Translations under genes and position numbers: made by a program | Shown here: piece after piece, positions 24,606 to 39,269 of the stretch | How the letters are laid out: the number at the start of each line of letters is the position of its first letter | Position numbering within the stretch: position 1 is the first letter of the stretch | The notes under the pieces: generated by a model | The model's input: the letters and a program-made list of their open reading frames with translations, nothing else | Databases searched by the model: none | What the model was told of the DNA's origin: nothing | Source: Eledone cirrhosa | Lineage: Eukaryota | Assembly (NCBI GenBank): GCA_964016885.1 | Contig: OZ024743.1 | Span: forward strand, 237,708,001 to 237,772,000 | Length of the DNA: 64,000 nt | Direction of reading: 5' to 3'

Positions 24606-27600
24606 CAATCTTATTTAATATGTGCATTAAAAACTAGACTAGCTGTTACAATTGTAATTAATGTGTAAGCAAAAGCTTAGATATTAACTTACCGATGGAA
24701 ATATCGCGATAATTAAATCCATTTACGCTTGGGAAAAATGTAGAATTCATATTTTTCAAGTTGCAAATACGTGTATTATCCCAAAGTGAAAAACCAAGTT
24801 TTGCATCAACGTGGTGATTTCAAAGTTTATTTATTTACACGTAGTGGTGGTGGGGATTGTGTGAGAGTCTGCATTGGTGGTATGAGCGTAATCGATTTGT
24901 TTTCAAATGTACTCACTTTACTGTATCCATGCTATTGAAATATATAAATATATTTTCATTTGAAAACAAATCGATTACGCTAACACCACCAATGCAGATT
25001 TTCTAATTTGATATACAGAGTGAAATAAATATATTTTCATCGATTACTACGCTACATAAATAAACGCGTGGTGATACGGAAATAAACGAAGGTTGACGAA
25101 TGACGTCAAATTCTTCTACCTTCACTTCTGACAGCCAATTCCGTTGTAGTGCCGAAACAAGCGTTTGTGTTCGGTCAGTTATCGCACGATCGATCAAAAT
25201 CGCGGCGAGTCGAACAGGCAACGGAGCCACAGGTCCAAAGAGCTATGGATGCCGTCTGGGCACAGAAAACATACATAGCCTGGGGATCGAGGTATGGCAC
25301 TGTGGATGTGCTCTTCGCTACACCAGAAGAAGCCAGAGCACACTCCATTGCCCCACTCCGCAGTGACGAAATCATAATGATGCCTACAAACTGCGGCCAG
25401 AGAGTCGCGAGGGTTCGAGTGGCCCAGGTTCTACCCTCAGGGGAGATGGCGTGGTTGACGGCGGCCGTCCTCGTTGACGTTGAGGATTCAACAACTATAC
25501 TCAATGTCAAGCGAATAAGAGAGGAAAATTGGACAGGGTCGGGGATGGAGCTAATCATCCAAGAAAACCATGTCGAAGGTAGGCGCCCAAGGTGTCATGG
25601 ATGCGGTGACAAGATGCACCTTAAGGCATTCTGCCCCAAACTCACCAAAACTGGCACGCGCCCACCCCTTCTCCCACGCCGTGCCCCAAACAAAGACCAC
25701 GGTGGCAGAAAAGGAATCACCATCCCCAACATCACGGAAACAAACTACATACAAACCTCCAAAATTGCCCCCTCCACACACACATAAAAATAATAGAAAT
25801 CACACAAAATAATTATATAACATTAAAAAAAATGTTCCCCACATCGATTGGAGACTACCGAGGGAACATCACCAAAAGAATATTCACGGACATTCTCGTG
25901 GAGAAACCCACCAATGGTTGGTGGCCTGGGGTCAACTTGGAAGCAGGGACACCTGCTGAACGATCTCAGGTCGCTAAACATAGATGTGGTGGACATCAGC
26001 GAGACCAGAATCTCAAAGGCACGGGCATTCGCACCCATTTTCAGCGGCTACGAGGTGTACACATCTCCAAGCCGTCCCGGATCTGGGTGGGTGGGTGGGT
26101 GGGGAGTGGCTGTGTTGTTCCGGAGAAGGACAAGCTTTCAGGTTAGTGGCCGTCTATGCCCTAACAGGAGCAGGACGGCCTGAATTCTTCTGGCGTCTGG
26201 AGACCTTTATTGGAACGTCCCGCCCTTTAGTGTTAGTGGGTGACTGGAACGGGATCTTAGATGCATGTTGGGATTGTGTGGGATTAGCGGATAGGGGAGG
26301 AGAGTGTAAAAGCCTCACAAACCTGCTCAGGCTTTTTCAACTGTCGGACAGGTACCGATTGGATTTCCCGAATGTGCCAATGTGGGCTTAGACAAACTGC
26401 ATCAGGTCATCCAGATCATATCTAGATAAGGTATTTTGAAGGGAAATAGATAGGTCTAGCATAGGCTGTCCACAATTCAAGATAGTTGGCTACACGGACC
26501 ACAAATTCGTGATCTGTGTAGTTGACTTAGATAGGCTTCATAGACGAGGATCCAGCTACTAGAAACTAAACGCGTCGTTAACAGCGTGCAAAGGTTACAG
26601 AGATCGGATTAGCGAATTGGTTAAGCGGACATTGACAGGGGCCATCGTCAACAACAAATGGTGGTCTGCCCCGAAAAGAGCGATTAGAATAGAGTCCATT
26701 AGGTTTAGTAAAGCGCTAGTAACAGAGAAAAATAGAGCTGAAGGAAATTTAGTTAGCAAATTAGACGAGGCGCTTATTAAAGGCATCGCGACCGACGTGC
26801 TTGCGGTGAAATTGGCTCTTGACCAATTTTTCAACACTAAGCATGAAGGCTACGTTGTCAGAGCTAGAGTGCGTGCTCTCAGATATGAGGGGACGAAAGC
26901 CGTTCAATGAGCCCGGGTGGTGAAGGGCGTCATGGCAACAAAGCCATGATCCGGTCTTTGGCGAACCACGACGGGCGCATGATACTCGATCCCGGCAGAT
27001 GTGTGCGGCTTTTCAGTGGCACTTTGCTCAGCTGTTCGGGGGCAATGGCAGACAGCATCGTGGAATGGACATCAGTGCCTACCTCCACGGACTGCTGAGG
27101 CGGAGTGTTGGGAAAGGCTGATAACAGCTGCTGAAGTACGGGAGGCAATGACTAGCTGTACATAAGGTAAATCACCTAGTTTGGATGGTCTGCCCTACGA
27201 ACTTTACATACATATGTCAGACTTGTTCGATGACCTCTTGGCGGACATCTACTGCAACTGGCAGCAGAACAGGAGAATTCCCAGCTCTGTGAGCTGAGGA
27301 GCGGTGGCGCTGCTGAGAAAGGATCCGAACAAGGGGGATAACATAGAAAATTTCAGGCCCATAACTCTGCTAAACACAGACTTCAAGATTTTGGCTAAGG
27401 TGCTAGCAAAGAGGTTGGCGCTTGTCGTTGGTGGTCTGTTGGGAGAGCCGCGAACATGCACCATTCCAGACAGATCCATCCATGACAACCTCCACCTCAT
27501 GTGATACATCGTAGAGAGGGTAGCTAGGGAACCTGGCATGGGTGGGTCTTTGATCAATTTATATCAGTCAAAAGCTTTCGATAGGGTCGACCATCGTTAT

Positions 27601-29475
27601 TTGGCAGCAGTCCTAAGAGCAGTTGGCTTTATGTCTGTCTTCAGAGGCTGGATTGCTGCCATGCACAGCGACATCTGCTCTGTGGTGAGAGTGAACGGTC
27701 ATCTTTCGGAACCGTTCAACATCATGCACTCGATCTGCCAAGGATGTCCACTCTCGTCCTTGTTGTACGTATTGACTCTCGAGCCATTACTGCACAAACT
27801 GGAGATGTTGAAGGGGATACCGCGTGAACTAGGATGTGGAAGAATGGTGTCAGCTTATGCAGACTACATCACCGTAGTGGTGTCGAACGGCAAACACATC
27901 GAGGCGATCGACACCACACTAAGAGACTACGAGGTAGTGTCAGGAGCAATGATCAACCAGGAAAAATCAGTAGGCCTGCAACTCGGCACCTGGAGAGGCA
28001 GGTCCATGCTGCCCAACAGCGTCGCCGGTCGCTGGACGGATGAACCAGTTAAATTGTTAGGGGTCTGGTTTGGTCTGGACCACCAGACGGACAAAAACTA
28101 GGAGGAGGTCATGAGCAAGGTGGTTTCTCTCATCAAGAAATGGGCCGAGAGGAAGCTATCCCTGAAAGGTCGAGCAGAAGTGGCGACTTCATACATCGCG
28201 TCCGTCATCTACTACCACCCGACCGTAGTGCCTTGTCCTAAGCTTCACCTAACTGCACTGGAGCGTTTGCTCTTTCGCTTTTTGTGGAAGGGACGTGCTC
28301 CGATTGTCAGGCGGTCCATCTGCTGTCAACACCCGCTACACGGAGGGCTGGGCATGCCGTGGCTATGATGCGCAGACATGCGCTCAGGCTATGACATTTC
28401 CACCTCTTCTACAACGGTGATCAGGTGTGGTCGCCGTTTGCTAGACACATGTTTCCCCAGCTTGTCTCCTTGGCGGAGTTACAGTCCTAGGTCAAGCGTA
28501 GACCGAGAGGCAGCGCTTGGAGACTGGAATGTCTTCATGCGCTTACAGCCCTCGACCAGTGGAGCAATACAATCGCTGGAAACTCAACCTTGGTGTTCTA
28601 TAGAGGGTTAGTGGAGGGAAAGAGCAATGATATCCTTGGGGAGACTCTAGGCATCGACGAAAACAAACTAGCCAATCTCTTTGGGCCGGGGCTCATGGAC
28701 AACTTCCAGAAATCCCTGGCCTGGCAGTGCTACCGAGAAGCCTTGCCAGTTCGGGATAAACTCTACAGGCATGGAAGTGCCATCAGCCGGGTTGTCTGAG
28801 ATGTGCGCAGGGCGATGAAACCGTCCTGCACGCACTCGTCCAGTGTCCGAGCATTGCTGACTTGTGGGTTTATGCCGAACACCTGCTGTCACATGTAGAA
28901 CGGATCCGGCTATCACCTGAGTCCATCGTGAAAATTGCCTCGCCGCCTTCCTTTAGCCGAGAAGGGCAAGCAGTTTTTATCTGCCGGTGGCCATGGTAAA
29001 AGAGATTGTATGGTGGACACGTCTGAAAGGGTTGAAGACGGGTACTTTCCTCTTCGGTGACGCCCTCATTAACTTTTTCAGGTTTCACCTGAAGAGGAAA
29101 ATCAGGGTGGAGAGGGAAGTGCTGACTTCCAGCCAGTTTGTTGAAAGGTGGATGAGAGAGGCAAGAATGGCCTGTGTGAATGGGTCTACCCTGAGTGTGT
29201 GCCTGTAGCATTGTAGGAGGAAAACTGGAAGAGGGCATTTACCTTAGCAGTCAGGGTAACCGTGGCTTTTCTTGTGGGCTTTCTCCACGAGCAACCCTCG
29301 GAGGTCTCCCTCCTATTGTGAATTTTTCATTGTTTCCTTTTTTCACACTCTGTTTTTGTTTTTTATTACATGCACAAATGCCCATTTGTATTGTCCTGTG
29401 TTGTCCTTAATGTTATACTTTGTGTCAACCCTTGTGGTTAATAAAGAAAGCATTATTATTATTATTATTATTATT

Positions 29476-32400
29476 GGTCTGTGTGGACGTCTTTTTTGCT
29501 CGCTCCCAGTAAATCGTTTTATTTACCTGTTATATTATTTGTTGTTAAATTTTTCTTGTTCTTCCTGTGAAGGGGAAAGTATAATATTTGGGCCTTTTGG
29601 CCCAAATATTTGAACAATATTTGAACATTTTACTTTTGAAAATTAAAAAAAACATGGCTGAGCCACACCCTCCAGGAATATGTCTGCTGTCGTGTGACAA
29701 CGGCGTAAAAGTTGAGAGGAGGGTTAGTGAAATTCATACAACAAACACCACCACAAACAATGTGAACAAAGACAACAACATTGAGAACACTAATTTAAAA
29801 AAAATTACCACACTAACTACAACAATAACAGCGTCAACAAAAATACAGACAATAGAAAAAAATGACAACAAATGCAACAACGATATTAACACCTCTAACA
29901 AGAAAATAAACAACAACACCAACAGCAACAATACAAATTGCACCGAAAACAAAAACAACGGTGGCACCAAAAACACAACCAACTACAACAGTGATAACAG
30001 CAACAACACCAACAACACCGTTTGTAACAACAGCAACAGCACCAACAACAAGACCAGTAGCAGCAGTAGGGGCAGCAATAATGGTGCCGCTGAAAAAAGG
30101 GCCACTTCTTTCGCAGGTGTGGCCAGAAATATAGAGACAGTGCTAGACACGGAGGAGGAGATGGCAGTCACAAGAGCCATGGTGACAAGGAATGAATATA
30201 GAGTTTCCGTGAAACCTCCACCTGATTTCTTCAAAGACGAGCAGCTGTGCACGGTGACTTCCCGCACCGTAAGCAAGATGTCACATTAGGTGGAGAGAGC
30301 CACGGAGGCTCAAATCCCAAAGGCCTTGGGGTGTGCATCTGGCCGTGCAAAACCCACATCATCCGAGGCAAAAAATACGCCACAGTAGATGTACTTTTCG
30401 CCACCCCCAAGAGGCGAAGTCTCACTCTTTGGAAACCCTAAAGAGTGAGGAGATACTGGTCAGGAATAGGCATGCAAATGCTAATACAGACTGACCAGGA
30501 GTGCATCGAGGCCATCCCAGATATCATAGACTTCGAAGAAGGAATCAAGTTCCCTACAAGCGTGGAGGGAAGGCGCCCACAGAAGACAGCCAAGAAGAGG
30601 GTCCCCCTCCTTCCGATGCCAGATCTGCTGCTACCAAGTGCAGGGCAGGCAACAGCGGCAGAAGACCCTTCCATTGTGAATAGGAGGGCAACGTCCGTGG
30701 CACCTATACCAAGGCCACGGACAACTAAAGCAGCAGCAGCAGTGGCGGAAACACCAACAGTCGCAGTAGCTACACCGGCGGTAAAACTGCCGGAGCAGGC
30801 TCCACTACCACCACCAACATCAGTGGAGCTCATACCCCTCCCAGACGCCACGGAATCCGATATGGAGTATGAGGCAGGAGGGATGTGGGAAACGGTCTGC
30901 CACAAAAAACAAAAAAAGGAAAAATTCCTTAGCTTCACCCTCCAAAAGTGAAGGCAGACAAAGAGGGGTAAAGGCTGCAAGGAGCCTTGCAGCAATACCA
31001 CCACCATCACCATCACCACAAGAAAGCATCACCACCACCAACAACCACGCCACCACCAGCATCACCAAAAACACCAACATTGCAAACACAACAAAACACA
31101 CACACCCAACAGCAACAACAAGAAAACAGCAACAAAATCACCCCTACCCCCAAAAAGTGCACAGCCATAAACATGGCAAATAAAGAACTCTTACAACATA
31201 TAAAGCAGCACACAGACATCACAGAAAAAAAACTACTACAGCCCATCAACACCAAGAACTCTCCCGACAAACATAAACATCATTGAAATCAAAATAGAAC
31301 ATTACAAACTTTTAAAACAAAAATTCCCCAACGCAGTTGGAGACTTCAGAGGGTCGGTTACCAAGAGGATAGACACCGATATCCTCTTGGAAACAGCCAT
31401 GACCAGCCAAAGGGATGGTTCTACTGTCCCTTCACCACACAATCAAAGTAAGTGATCCTTTATCACTTACCCCATTTCTCATCCAACATACTGTACTTAG
31501 AATAGGCAGTATAAATGTACGTGGCCTGGGTTATATTGGAAGCAAGGTCACCTGCTCAACGACCTCAGGTCACTAAACATAGATGTGGTGGCCATCAGCT
31601 AGACCAGAATCTCCAAAGCACGAGCCTTCGCACCGATCTTCGGCAGCTACGATGTATACGCACCTCCCAGCCGTCCAGGATCGGTGGAGGGGTTACCGTG
31701 CTTTTTCGGAGAGGCTTGGATCTCGCCATACGGGCCATCTTCCTGGATCCAGAAGGTAAGTCTAGTGCTGGATGTGACCGGCAGCGAAGGCAATGCTTTT
31801 AGACTAGTAGCCATCTACACCCCAACAGGGGCGGCACAGCCAGATTTCTTCAGATGTCTAGAGACCTTTCTTGGAACGTCCCGCTTTTTAGTGTTAATGG
31901 GCGACTGGAACGGTATCTTAGATGCACGCTGGGATTATGTGGGGCTAGTAGACAGAGCAGGAGGGTGTAAAAGCCTCAACAACCTGCTCAGACGTTTTGA
32001 ACTGTCTGACATGTATAGACTGGATTATCTGAATGTGCCAGTGTGGACATGGGCAAACCGCATCAGGTCATCCAGATCGTATTTAGATAGGGTATTCTGT
32101 AGGGAAACAGATAAGGCTAGTGTAGGTTGTCCTCAATTTAAAGTAGTCGACTACACGGACCACAAGTTTGTGATCTGTGAAGTTGACTTAGATAGACTCC
32201 ATAGGCAAGGCCCCAGCTGCTGGAAGCTGAACGCGTTGTTCCCGGCGTGCAAAGTTTACAGAGATAGGATTAGCGAATTAGTTAAACGTGCGTTGACAGG
32301 TGCGATCGTCAACAACAGGTGGTGGTTTACCCTGAAAAGGGCTATTAGAGTAGAATCAATAAGGTTTAGCAAAGGAGTAGTGATAGAGGTAAATAGAGTA

Positions 32401-35057
32401 GAGGGAGAGTTAGTTAGAAAGCTAGAAGAGGCATTTAGGACAGGCATCGCAACCGACGTGCTTGCGGCGAGATTGGCAACCGACCAATTCTTCAATGCAA
32501 AGCATGAAGGCTGCGTTGTCAGAGCTAGAGCGCGTGCTCTAAGACATGAGGGGACGAAAGCCATTCAATGGGCCCAGTGTTGGAGCTGCGACGTGGCAAC
32601 AAGTCCACAATTCAGTCTTTGCCTGATCAAAACGAGAGCATGTTGCTCGAATCCGAGCAGATGTGTGCGGCTTTTCAACAGCACTTTGCTCAATTGTTCG
32701 GAATCGGCGGCGGGCCGGATCGGTGTATGGACTTCGGTGCATACCTCGACGGACTGCCACGACTCTCAACGACTGCAGCGTAGTGCTGCGAAAAGCCGAT
32801 AACAGCAAATGAAATACGGGAAGCGATGTCTGACTGCACGAGGGGTAAATCGCCAAGTTTGGATGGTCTGCCCTACGACCTTTATGCGTATATGCCAGAC
32901 TTGTTTGGCGACCTCTTGGCAGATGTCTACTGCAAAAGGCAGCAGAATGGGAGCATTCCAGTTTTGTGAGAAAATACCTGAACAAGAGTGGATGTTATAG
33001 ACAACTTCAGACCCATAACTCTGCTAAATGCAGAGTTTAAGATTTTGGTAAAGAGATTGGCGCTTGTCATCTGTGATCTGGTGGGAGAGACACAGACATG
33101 CGCCATTCTGGACAGATCCATCCACAGCAACCTCCATCTCATGCGATACATCATAGAGAGGGTGGTTAAGGAACCTGGCATGGGTGGGGCCCTGATTAAC
33201 TTGGATCAATCTAAAGCATTTGATAGTGTCGACCATCGGTACCTGGCTGCGATCCTCAAGGCGGGCGGTTTCGGGCCCGTTTTTAGGGGCTGGATCGCTG
33301 CGATGCACAGCGACATCTGCTCGATTGTAAGGTTACCTGTCGCAGCCTTTCAGCATCATGTGCTCGCTCCACCAGAGTTTCCCCCTCTCATCCCTCTTGT
33401 ACGTACTGGCCCTAGAGCCGTTACTGCACAAGAGATGATGAGGGGTGTCCCACGCGAACTGGGATGGGGGAGATCCATGTCAGCTTACGCCAACTACGTC
33501 ACCGTTGTGGTCTCGAGCACCAAACACGTCCAGATGCTCGGCACCGCTCTCAAGGAATATAAAGTGGTAACAGGAGCAAAGATAAACCAGGAAAAGTAGG
33601 TGGGCTTGCAGCTCGGCACTTGGAGAGGCAAGTCCATGCCGTCTGACAGTGTCGTGAGACACTGGACGGAAGAACCGGTTAAATTGCTCGGGGTCTGGTT
33701 CGGTCCAGATGGAGAAAAACTGGAGCGAAGTGACGAGTAGGGTGGCCTCTCTCACCCAGAAATCGGCCGAGAGGAGGCTGTCTCTGAAAGGTCGGACAGA
33801 GGTGGCGAATGCGTACATCGCATCCGTCATCTGCTGCCGCCTGACCGTTGTACCTTGCCCTCGCCCAACTATGACCTAAATGGAGTGCCTTCTCTTCCAC
33901 TTTTTGTGGAAGGGACGTGCTCCCATGGTCAGATGTTCCATTTGCTGTCAACACCCATTGCGTGGGGGACTAGGCATGCCGTGGCTGATGATGCGCAAAC
34001 ATGCGCTGAGGCTACGACATCTCTGGTGTTTCCTTGACGGTGAACAGGTGTCATCGTCGTTTGCCAGATACGCTTTTCCCCAGCTCGTCTCCTTGACAGA
34101 GCTGCAGTCCTGGATCAGGAAAAGACTGAGGGATAGCGCTTGGAAGCTGGAATGTCTCCAAGCACTCACTGTCCTCTACCAGCTGGGCACTAGTATCGGT
34201 GGAACACCCACCTCAGCGTTCTATAGAGGGCTGGTGGAGGAAAAGAGCGACGACATTCTCGGGGAGACTCTGGGCGTCGAAGACGATCAGCTGTTCGCTC
34301 TCTTAAAGAGAACTTTCAGACTGGGTCCTATGGACAACTTACAGAAATCCCTGGCCTGGCAGTGCTACCGGGGAGCGTTGCCAGTTCGGGATAAGTTCTA
34401 CGGGCATGGAGGTGCTGTCAGCCGAGCCTGTCCGAGATGCGTGCAGGGCGACGAGTATTGCTGACTTGTGGGTTTATGTTGACCACCTGCTGTCGCGTGT
34501 AGGACGGATCCGGCTATCAGCTGAGTCCATCGTGAGGATTGCCCCGCCTTCTTCCTTTAGCCGGGAAGGGCAGGCAGTTTTTATCTGTTTGGTGGCCATG
34601 GCGAAAGAGATAGTATGGTGGACGCGTTTGAAAGGGCTGAAGACGAGCACTTGCCTCTTCAGTGATGCCCTGATTAACTATTTCAAATTTCATTTGAAAA
34701 GGAAAATCAGGGTAGAGAGGGAAGTGCTCTCTTCCCAGCATTTTGTTGAAAGATGGGTGAGAGAGGCAAGAATGGCCCGAGTGAATGGGCATACTCTGAG
34801 TATGTGCCTGTAAATTAAAGGTGGAAAACCGGGAGAGGGCACTTGCCCTGGTGGTCAGGGTGACCGGGGCTTTTTTAATGGGCTTTCTCCACGAATGTCC
34901 CTCAGAAGTCTCCCCCTTATTTTTGAATTTTTCATTGTTTCTTTTTTGTTACATCCTCTGTTTTTTTTTTTACACGCAGAAATACCCATTTGTACCGTCC
35001 TGTATTGTCCTTAATGTCTTACTTTGTTTAAACCCTTGTGGTTAATAAAGAAAGCAT
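29476..35057 (+). mobile_element. Tx1/L1-clade LINE copy 2 (near full length, decayed)
   Basis: Asn/Thr-rich ORF1 from about 29654 and APE/RT/zf-RVT remnants at 31500-34813; polyA signal at 35044. Confidence 0.92.
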
Positions 35058-35695
35058 GTAGGACTGATCCGGTTATCAACTGAGTCCATTGTGCAGATGG
35101 TCTCGCCGATTCCTTCGAGGAGGAAGGGCAGGAGGTTTACATCTGCCTGGTGGCCATGGCGAAAGAGATTGTGTGGTGGACAAGGTTGAAAGGGTTAAAG
35201 ACAGACACTTTCCTCTTCGGCGAATCCCTAATTAACTTGTTAAAGTTTCACTTGAAGAGGAAAATCAGGATGGAGAGGCAAGTGCTGTCTTCTAGCAAGT
35301 TTGTTGAAAGGTGGGTGAATGTAGCGAGAATGGTCTGAGTGAACGGGACCGCTCTGAATATACGCTTGTAGTTTGAGGAATGGGAAAAAATTGAGAGAGG
35401 GAACTTGCCCTGGTGGTCAGGGTGGCCGTGGTCTATTGTGTGGTTTTCGCCACAAGTAACCCTCGGAGGTTTCCCCCCTATTGGGGAATTTTTCATTGTT
35501 TGAATTTTCATTTTTATTGTTTATATATATATGTTTCTATGTCTTTTTTCTTTTTCGTTTCTTATATAAATAATAAAAATCTTTACACGCACAAAACCCA
35601 CATCGTACCGCCCTGTGCCGTCTGTAATGTTTTTCTTGATGTCAGCCCTTGTGGCCAATAGAGAAATCATTATTATTATCATTATTATTATTATT
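35058..35695 (+). mobile_element. Tx1 copy 3 (3' fragment)
   Basis: MAKEIVWWTRLKGLKTDTFLFG...KFHLKRKIR, followed by 3' UTR and (ATT)n. Confidence 0.88.
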
Positions 35696-37541
35696 GTTCT
35701 TTGAGTCTCAGTCATTGATGTTATTTAACTGGAATGTTTGTTGAAATGAATATCAAGCCACTACCTGCAGCCTCAGATATTCAGGACGTATCGGAGGGTT
35801 CTTGCTGTTCCAAAAAGCGGGACTGGACTAACTTTCTTTAACCATCCTTGACCACTCTTTGAGATAGTATCTAGTGCGCCTATGACAATCAGGACGACTC
35901 TGACTTCATGGCAGTTCCAAATCCTTTTTACCTCCCACTTTAAGTCCTCGTATAGCTTAATTTTCTCCCTCTCCTTTTCTTGCACTCTTGTGTCAAATGA
36001 GCAGGCTGCATCTACAATCAGGCATGATCTTTTTTTCTTGTCCAAAACCACCAGTTCAGGCCTATTGTGTTCCAGTTTCTTATCCGTCTGTATCCTAAAA
36101 TCCCATAGCACCTGATTGTTTTCTATCACCAACTCTGGCTTATGCTCATACCACTTCTCAGAATGTGGTAAATTGTTTACTTTGCATAGGTGCTAGTGGA
36201 TCACCCTGCTCATCACATCATGTCTCCAGCCTTTATAGTGAGTCTGGGCTAGGTGTTTACACTCAGATACAATGTGAGCCACAGTCTCCTCTCTCTCTAC
36301 ACAGATCCTACACAGTGGGCTAGCCTCCTCCTTGTAAATATGGTGTTTCACCTACTTCGTTTTCAGTGCCTACTCTTGTGCAGCCATTAGCATTTCTTCT
36401 GTAGCCTTTTTAAGGTTTCCTCTTTTTAACCAGTTCCATGTCTGTGGATCTCTAAATTCAGTTTTCTCAAAGAAGGTACTATGAAGGGATTTTTCATGAA
36501 GGTTGCTCTTCCTCCTTGTTGTTATTTCCTCCTTGGACATCCCCTGGTCTATTGTCTTCTCCTTCAGTACAATTTTGAGCATTGGCTCCCTACTGTCGGT
36601 CACGTATTTGTGCAGGTTGTTTTTTCTCCATCTGAATACAGTCATCTATGCTGATAAGACCTCTTCCACCTTCAGATCTCCTTAAGTAGAGTCTATCGAC
36701 ATTACTCCTCTTGTGGAACATGTTGTAGATAGTCAATAGCTTCCTAGTCTTCCTATCCATTTCTTTTTGTTCAGCAACATTCCATTTCAGAATTCCCGCA
36801 CTGTACCTAATAATAGACACAGCTCGGGAATTCACTGCACTTATGACATTCCTACTATTTAGACGTGATTTTAATACGCTCCTTACTCTCCCTAATGTAC
36901 TCAGATCTTATCAAATCCTTCATTTTTTTGTTCTTGATGTCATCTGCCTCCAGAACACCTAAATATTTGTATCCTTCTTCAGTGTCAATTTCCTTTATCA
37001 TCTCACCTGTTGGTACCTGGATTCCATTGCTTCTGCTCAACTTACCCCTCTTCATCACAAGGACTCCACACTTATTAATACCAAATTGCATACATATATC
37101 ACTGCTGAAAATACGGACAGTGTCAACAAGTACATCCAACTCCTTCTCACTCTTCCCAAAGAGTTTAAGATCATCCATGAAGAGGAGGTGGTTGATGGTA
37201 AGCTCTCCTTTTCCCAACTTGTATCCTGCTCACACTTTTTGCAGTATAATGGTCAGGGGTATCAGAGCAAGGACAAACAACAGAGTAGACAGACTATCTC
37301 CCTGGAAGATACCTCTCTTGATCTGCACGCCTCCCAAGGATTCTCCAGCTGATGTTAACTCTGTTTCCCAGGACTTCATACTTTTGCCCAACAACTGTCT
37401 GATGTTATCTGCCACCTTGAAGATCTCTAGGCTTTTGGTTATCCAAGAATGAGGTACCATGTCGAATGACTTTTTGTAGTCTATCCATCCCATGGCAAGA
37501 CCAGTGTGTCTCCTCTTGAAATTCCTCATTACCATCTTATC
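35696..37541 (-). mobile_element. 5'-truncated R4/Dong-like RLE LINE (RT + CCHC + restriction-like endonuclease)
   Basis: IDYKKSFD, GIFQGDSLS, HLLFMDDLKL, YKYLG, RLYLRRSEGGRGL, AAQE, and NRPELVVLD...IVD...EKIKLYEDL. Flanked by (TAA)n on its own strand. Confidence 0.9.
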
Positions 37542-37563
37542 AATTATTATTATTATTATTATT

Positions 37564-39022
37564 AACCCGGAAAAGTCGGTGGGCTTGCAGCTCGGAACCT
37601 GGAGAGGCAAGCCCATGCCGTCCAACAGCGTCGTGGGGCGCTGGACGGACGGACCAGTAAAGTTGCTCGGGGTTTGGTTCGGACCAGACCTCCTGGAAAA
37701 GAATTGGGACGTACATCGCGTCCGTCATCTACTACCGCCTAACCGTCGTGCCTTGCCCCCGTCCGCGCCTCGTCAAGTTGGAACGGCTCCTCTTCAAATT
37801 CTTGTGGAGGGGACAAATTCCGTTGGTGAGGCGGTCCATCTGCTGCCAACACCTTCTACGCGGAGGGCTGGGCATGCCGTGGCTAATGATGCGCAGACAT
37901 GCATTGAGGCTGCGACATCTCCAGATATTCTGCCTCAATGGTGAACAGGTGTGGTCGCCGTTTATCAGACGGGCCTTTCCGCAGCTCATTTCTTTGACTG
38001 AGCTGCAGTCCTGGGTCAAGAAGAGACCGAGACTGGGTGACTGGCACCTGGAATGTTGCCAGGCACTCACTGCCCTCTACCAAGCGGGCAATGCGATCAG
38101 TGGAACTTCCACTCTCGAGTTCTATAGAGGATTAGTGGTGGGCAAGTGCGATGACGCACTCGGAGAAGCTTTGGGCCTCGACGAAGTCGAACTGACCAGT
38201 CTGTACCGGAGGACTTTTGAGACGGGGACGATGGACAATTTCCAGAAATCCCTCGCTTGGCAGTGCTACCGGGGGGCACTGCCGGTTCGGGATAAACTCT
38301 ACAGGCACGGAAGTGCTGTCAGACGGACCTGCCCAAGATGCGCACAGAACGACGAAACCGTTCTGCACGCACTTGTCCAATGTCCGTGCATTACTGACTT
38401 GTGGAGTTATGTCGAACAGCTACTGTCGCGTGTGGAACGAATCCGGCTATCGGCCGAGTCCATAGTGAAGATCGAACCGCCACCTTCCTTAGGTCAGGAA
38501 GAGCGGGACATTTTCCTCTGTCTGGTGGCAGTTGCGAAAGAGATTATATGGTAGACCAGGTTGAAAGGACTAAAGACAGACACTTTTCTCTTCGGCCAAT
38601 CCCTCATCAACTTCTTCAAGTTTCACCTGGAAAGGAGGGTGAGGGTGGAGAGAGAAGTGCTGCCCCCCAGTACATTTGCTAAAAGGTGGGTGAATGTGGC
38701 GAGAATGGCTCGTGTGAATGGGCCTACTCTGACCATGCGCCTATAGGCTGGCTAACTTGAGGAGAGGGGTGCTCTCCTGGGTGCCCTAGAAGCGCAGGGT
38801 GGTTCAGGATTGGTGGGGTACCCGAATCACCCCAGGGTCGTCCACCCCCTATCGGGGAATTTATTTTGTTATATTTATGCATAGTTTATTTTATATTTTT
38901 ATATTTTCATTGTTAAATTAGTCTTGCCATTATGCACTTTTACTCGACCTTATTGTAAACCCCCACCGTCCCTGTCTTTGTATTGTCCCCTACATGTCGG
39001 CGGTTGTGGCTAATAAATGAAA

Positions 39023-39053
<31 letters not shown>
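37564..39053 (+). mobile_element. Tx1 copy 4 (5'-truncated)
   Basis: Starts at NPEKSVGLQLG; zf-RVT CPRCAQNDETVLHALVQC; AATAAA plus (ATT)n. Confidence 0.9.
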
Positions 39054-39054
<1 letters not shown>

Positions 39055-39269
39055 GAATGCCATGGTTGACGGAGGCTCGGCTCTGTAAGGTATAGTAATT
39101 TTTAACCGTTAAAACAATTGTAAATTGTTTAAAACTTGAACCAAATTGTTGATAAAGACACCCTCCTCCTCGTGAGAGGGGTCTTTCTGTCCGTTATTTG
39201 GCCCTTCGGGGTTAAATAACCAGTTATTGGGGTTTTGTACCCAATATTCATTTTAAACAAAAAAACAAC

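Larger units (their letters stand above)
23760..25153. mobile_element. Non-autonomous Merlin-like DNA transposon
   Basis: TIR GGCACTACAACGGAATTGGCTGTCAGAAGTGAA / TTCACTTCTGACAGCCAATTCCGTTGTAGTGCC, imperfect over about 100 bp. 8-bp TSD GAAACAAG at 23752-23759 and 25154-25161. GG termini with an 8-bp TSD fit Merlin. Confidence 0.85.
23096..29475 (+). mobile_element. Tx1/L1-clade LINE copy 1 (decayed, interrupted by DNA transposon)
   Basis: ORF1 remnants (ATEPQVQ, TVDVLFATP, CHGCGDKMHLKAFC) and ORF2 remnants colinear with 41402-44821; AATAAA plus (ATT)n end. Confidence 0.92.

Noticed and set aside
23762-25151. CACTA/EnSpm transposon (CACTA...TAGTG)
   Set aside because: The inverted repeat extends 2 bp further (GG/CC), where a clean 8-bp TSD appears; no 2-3-bp TSD at the CACTA boundary.
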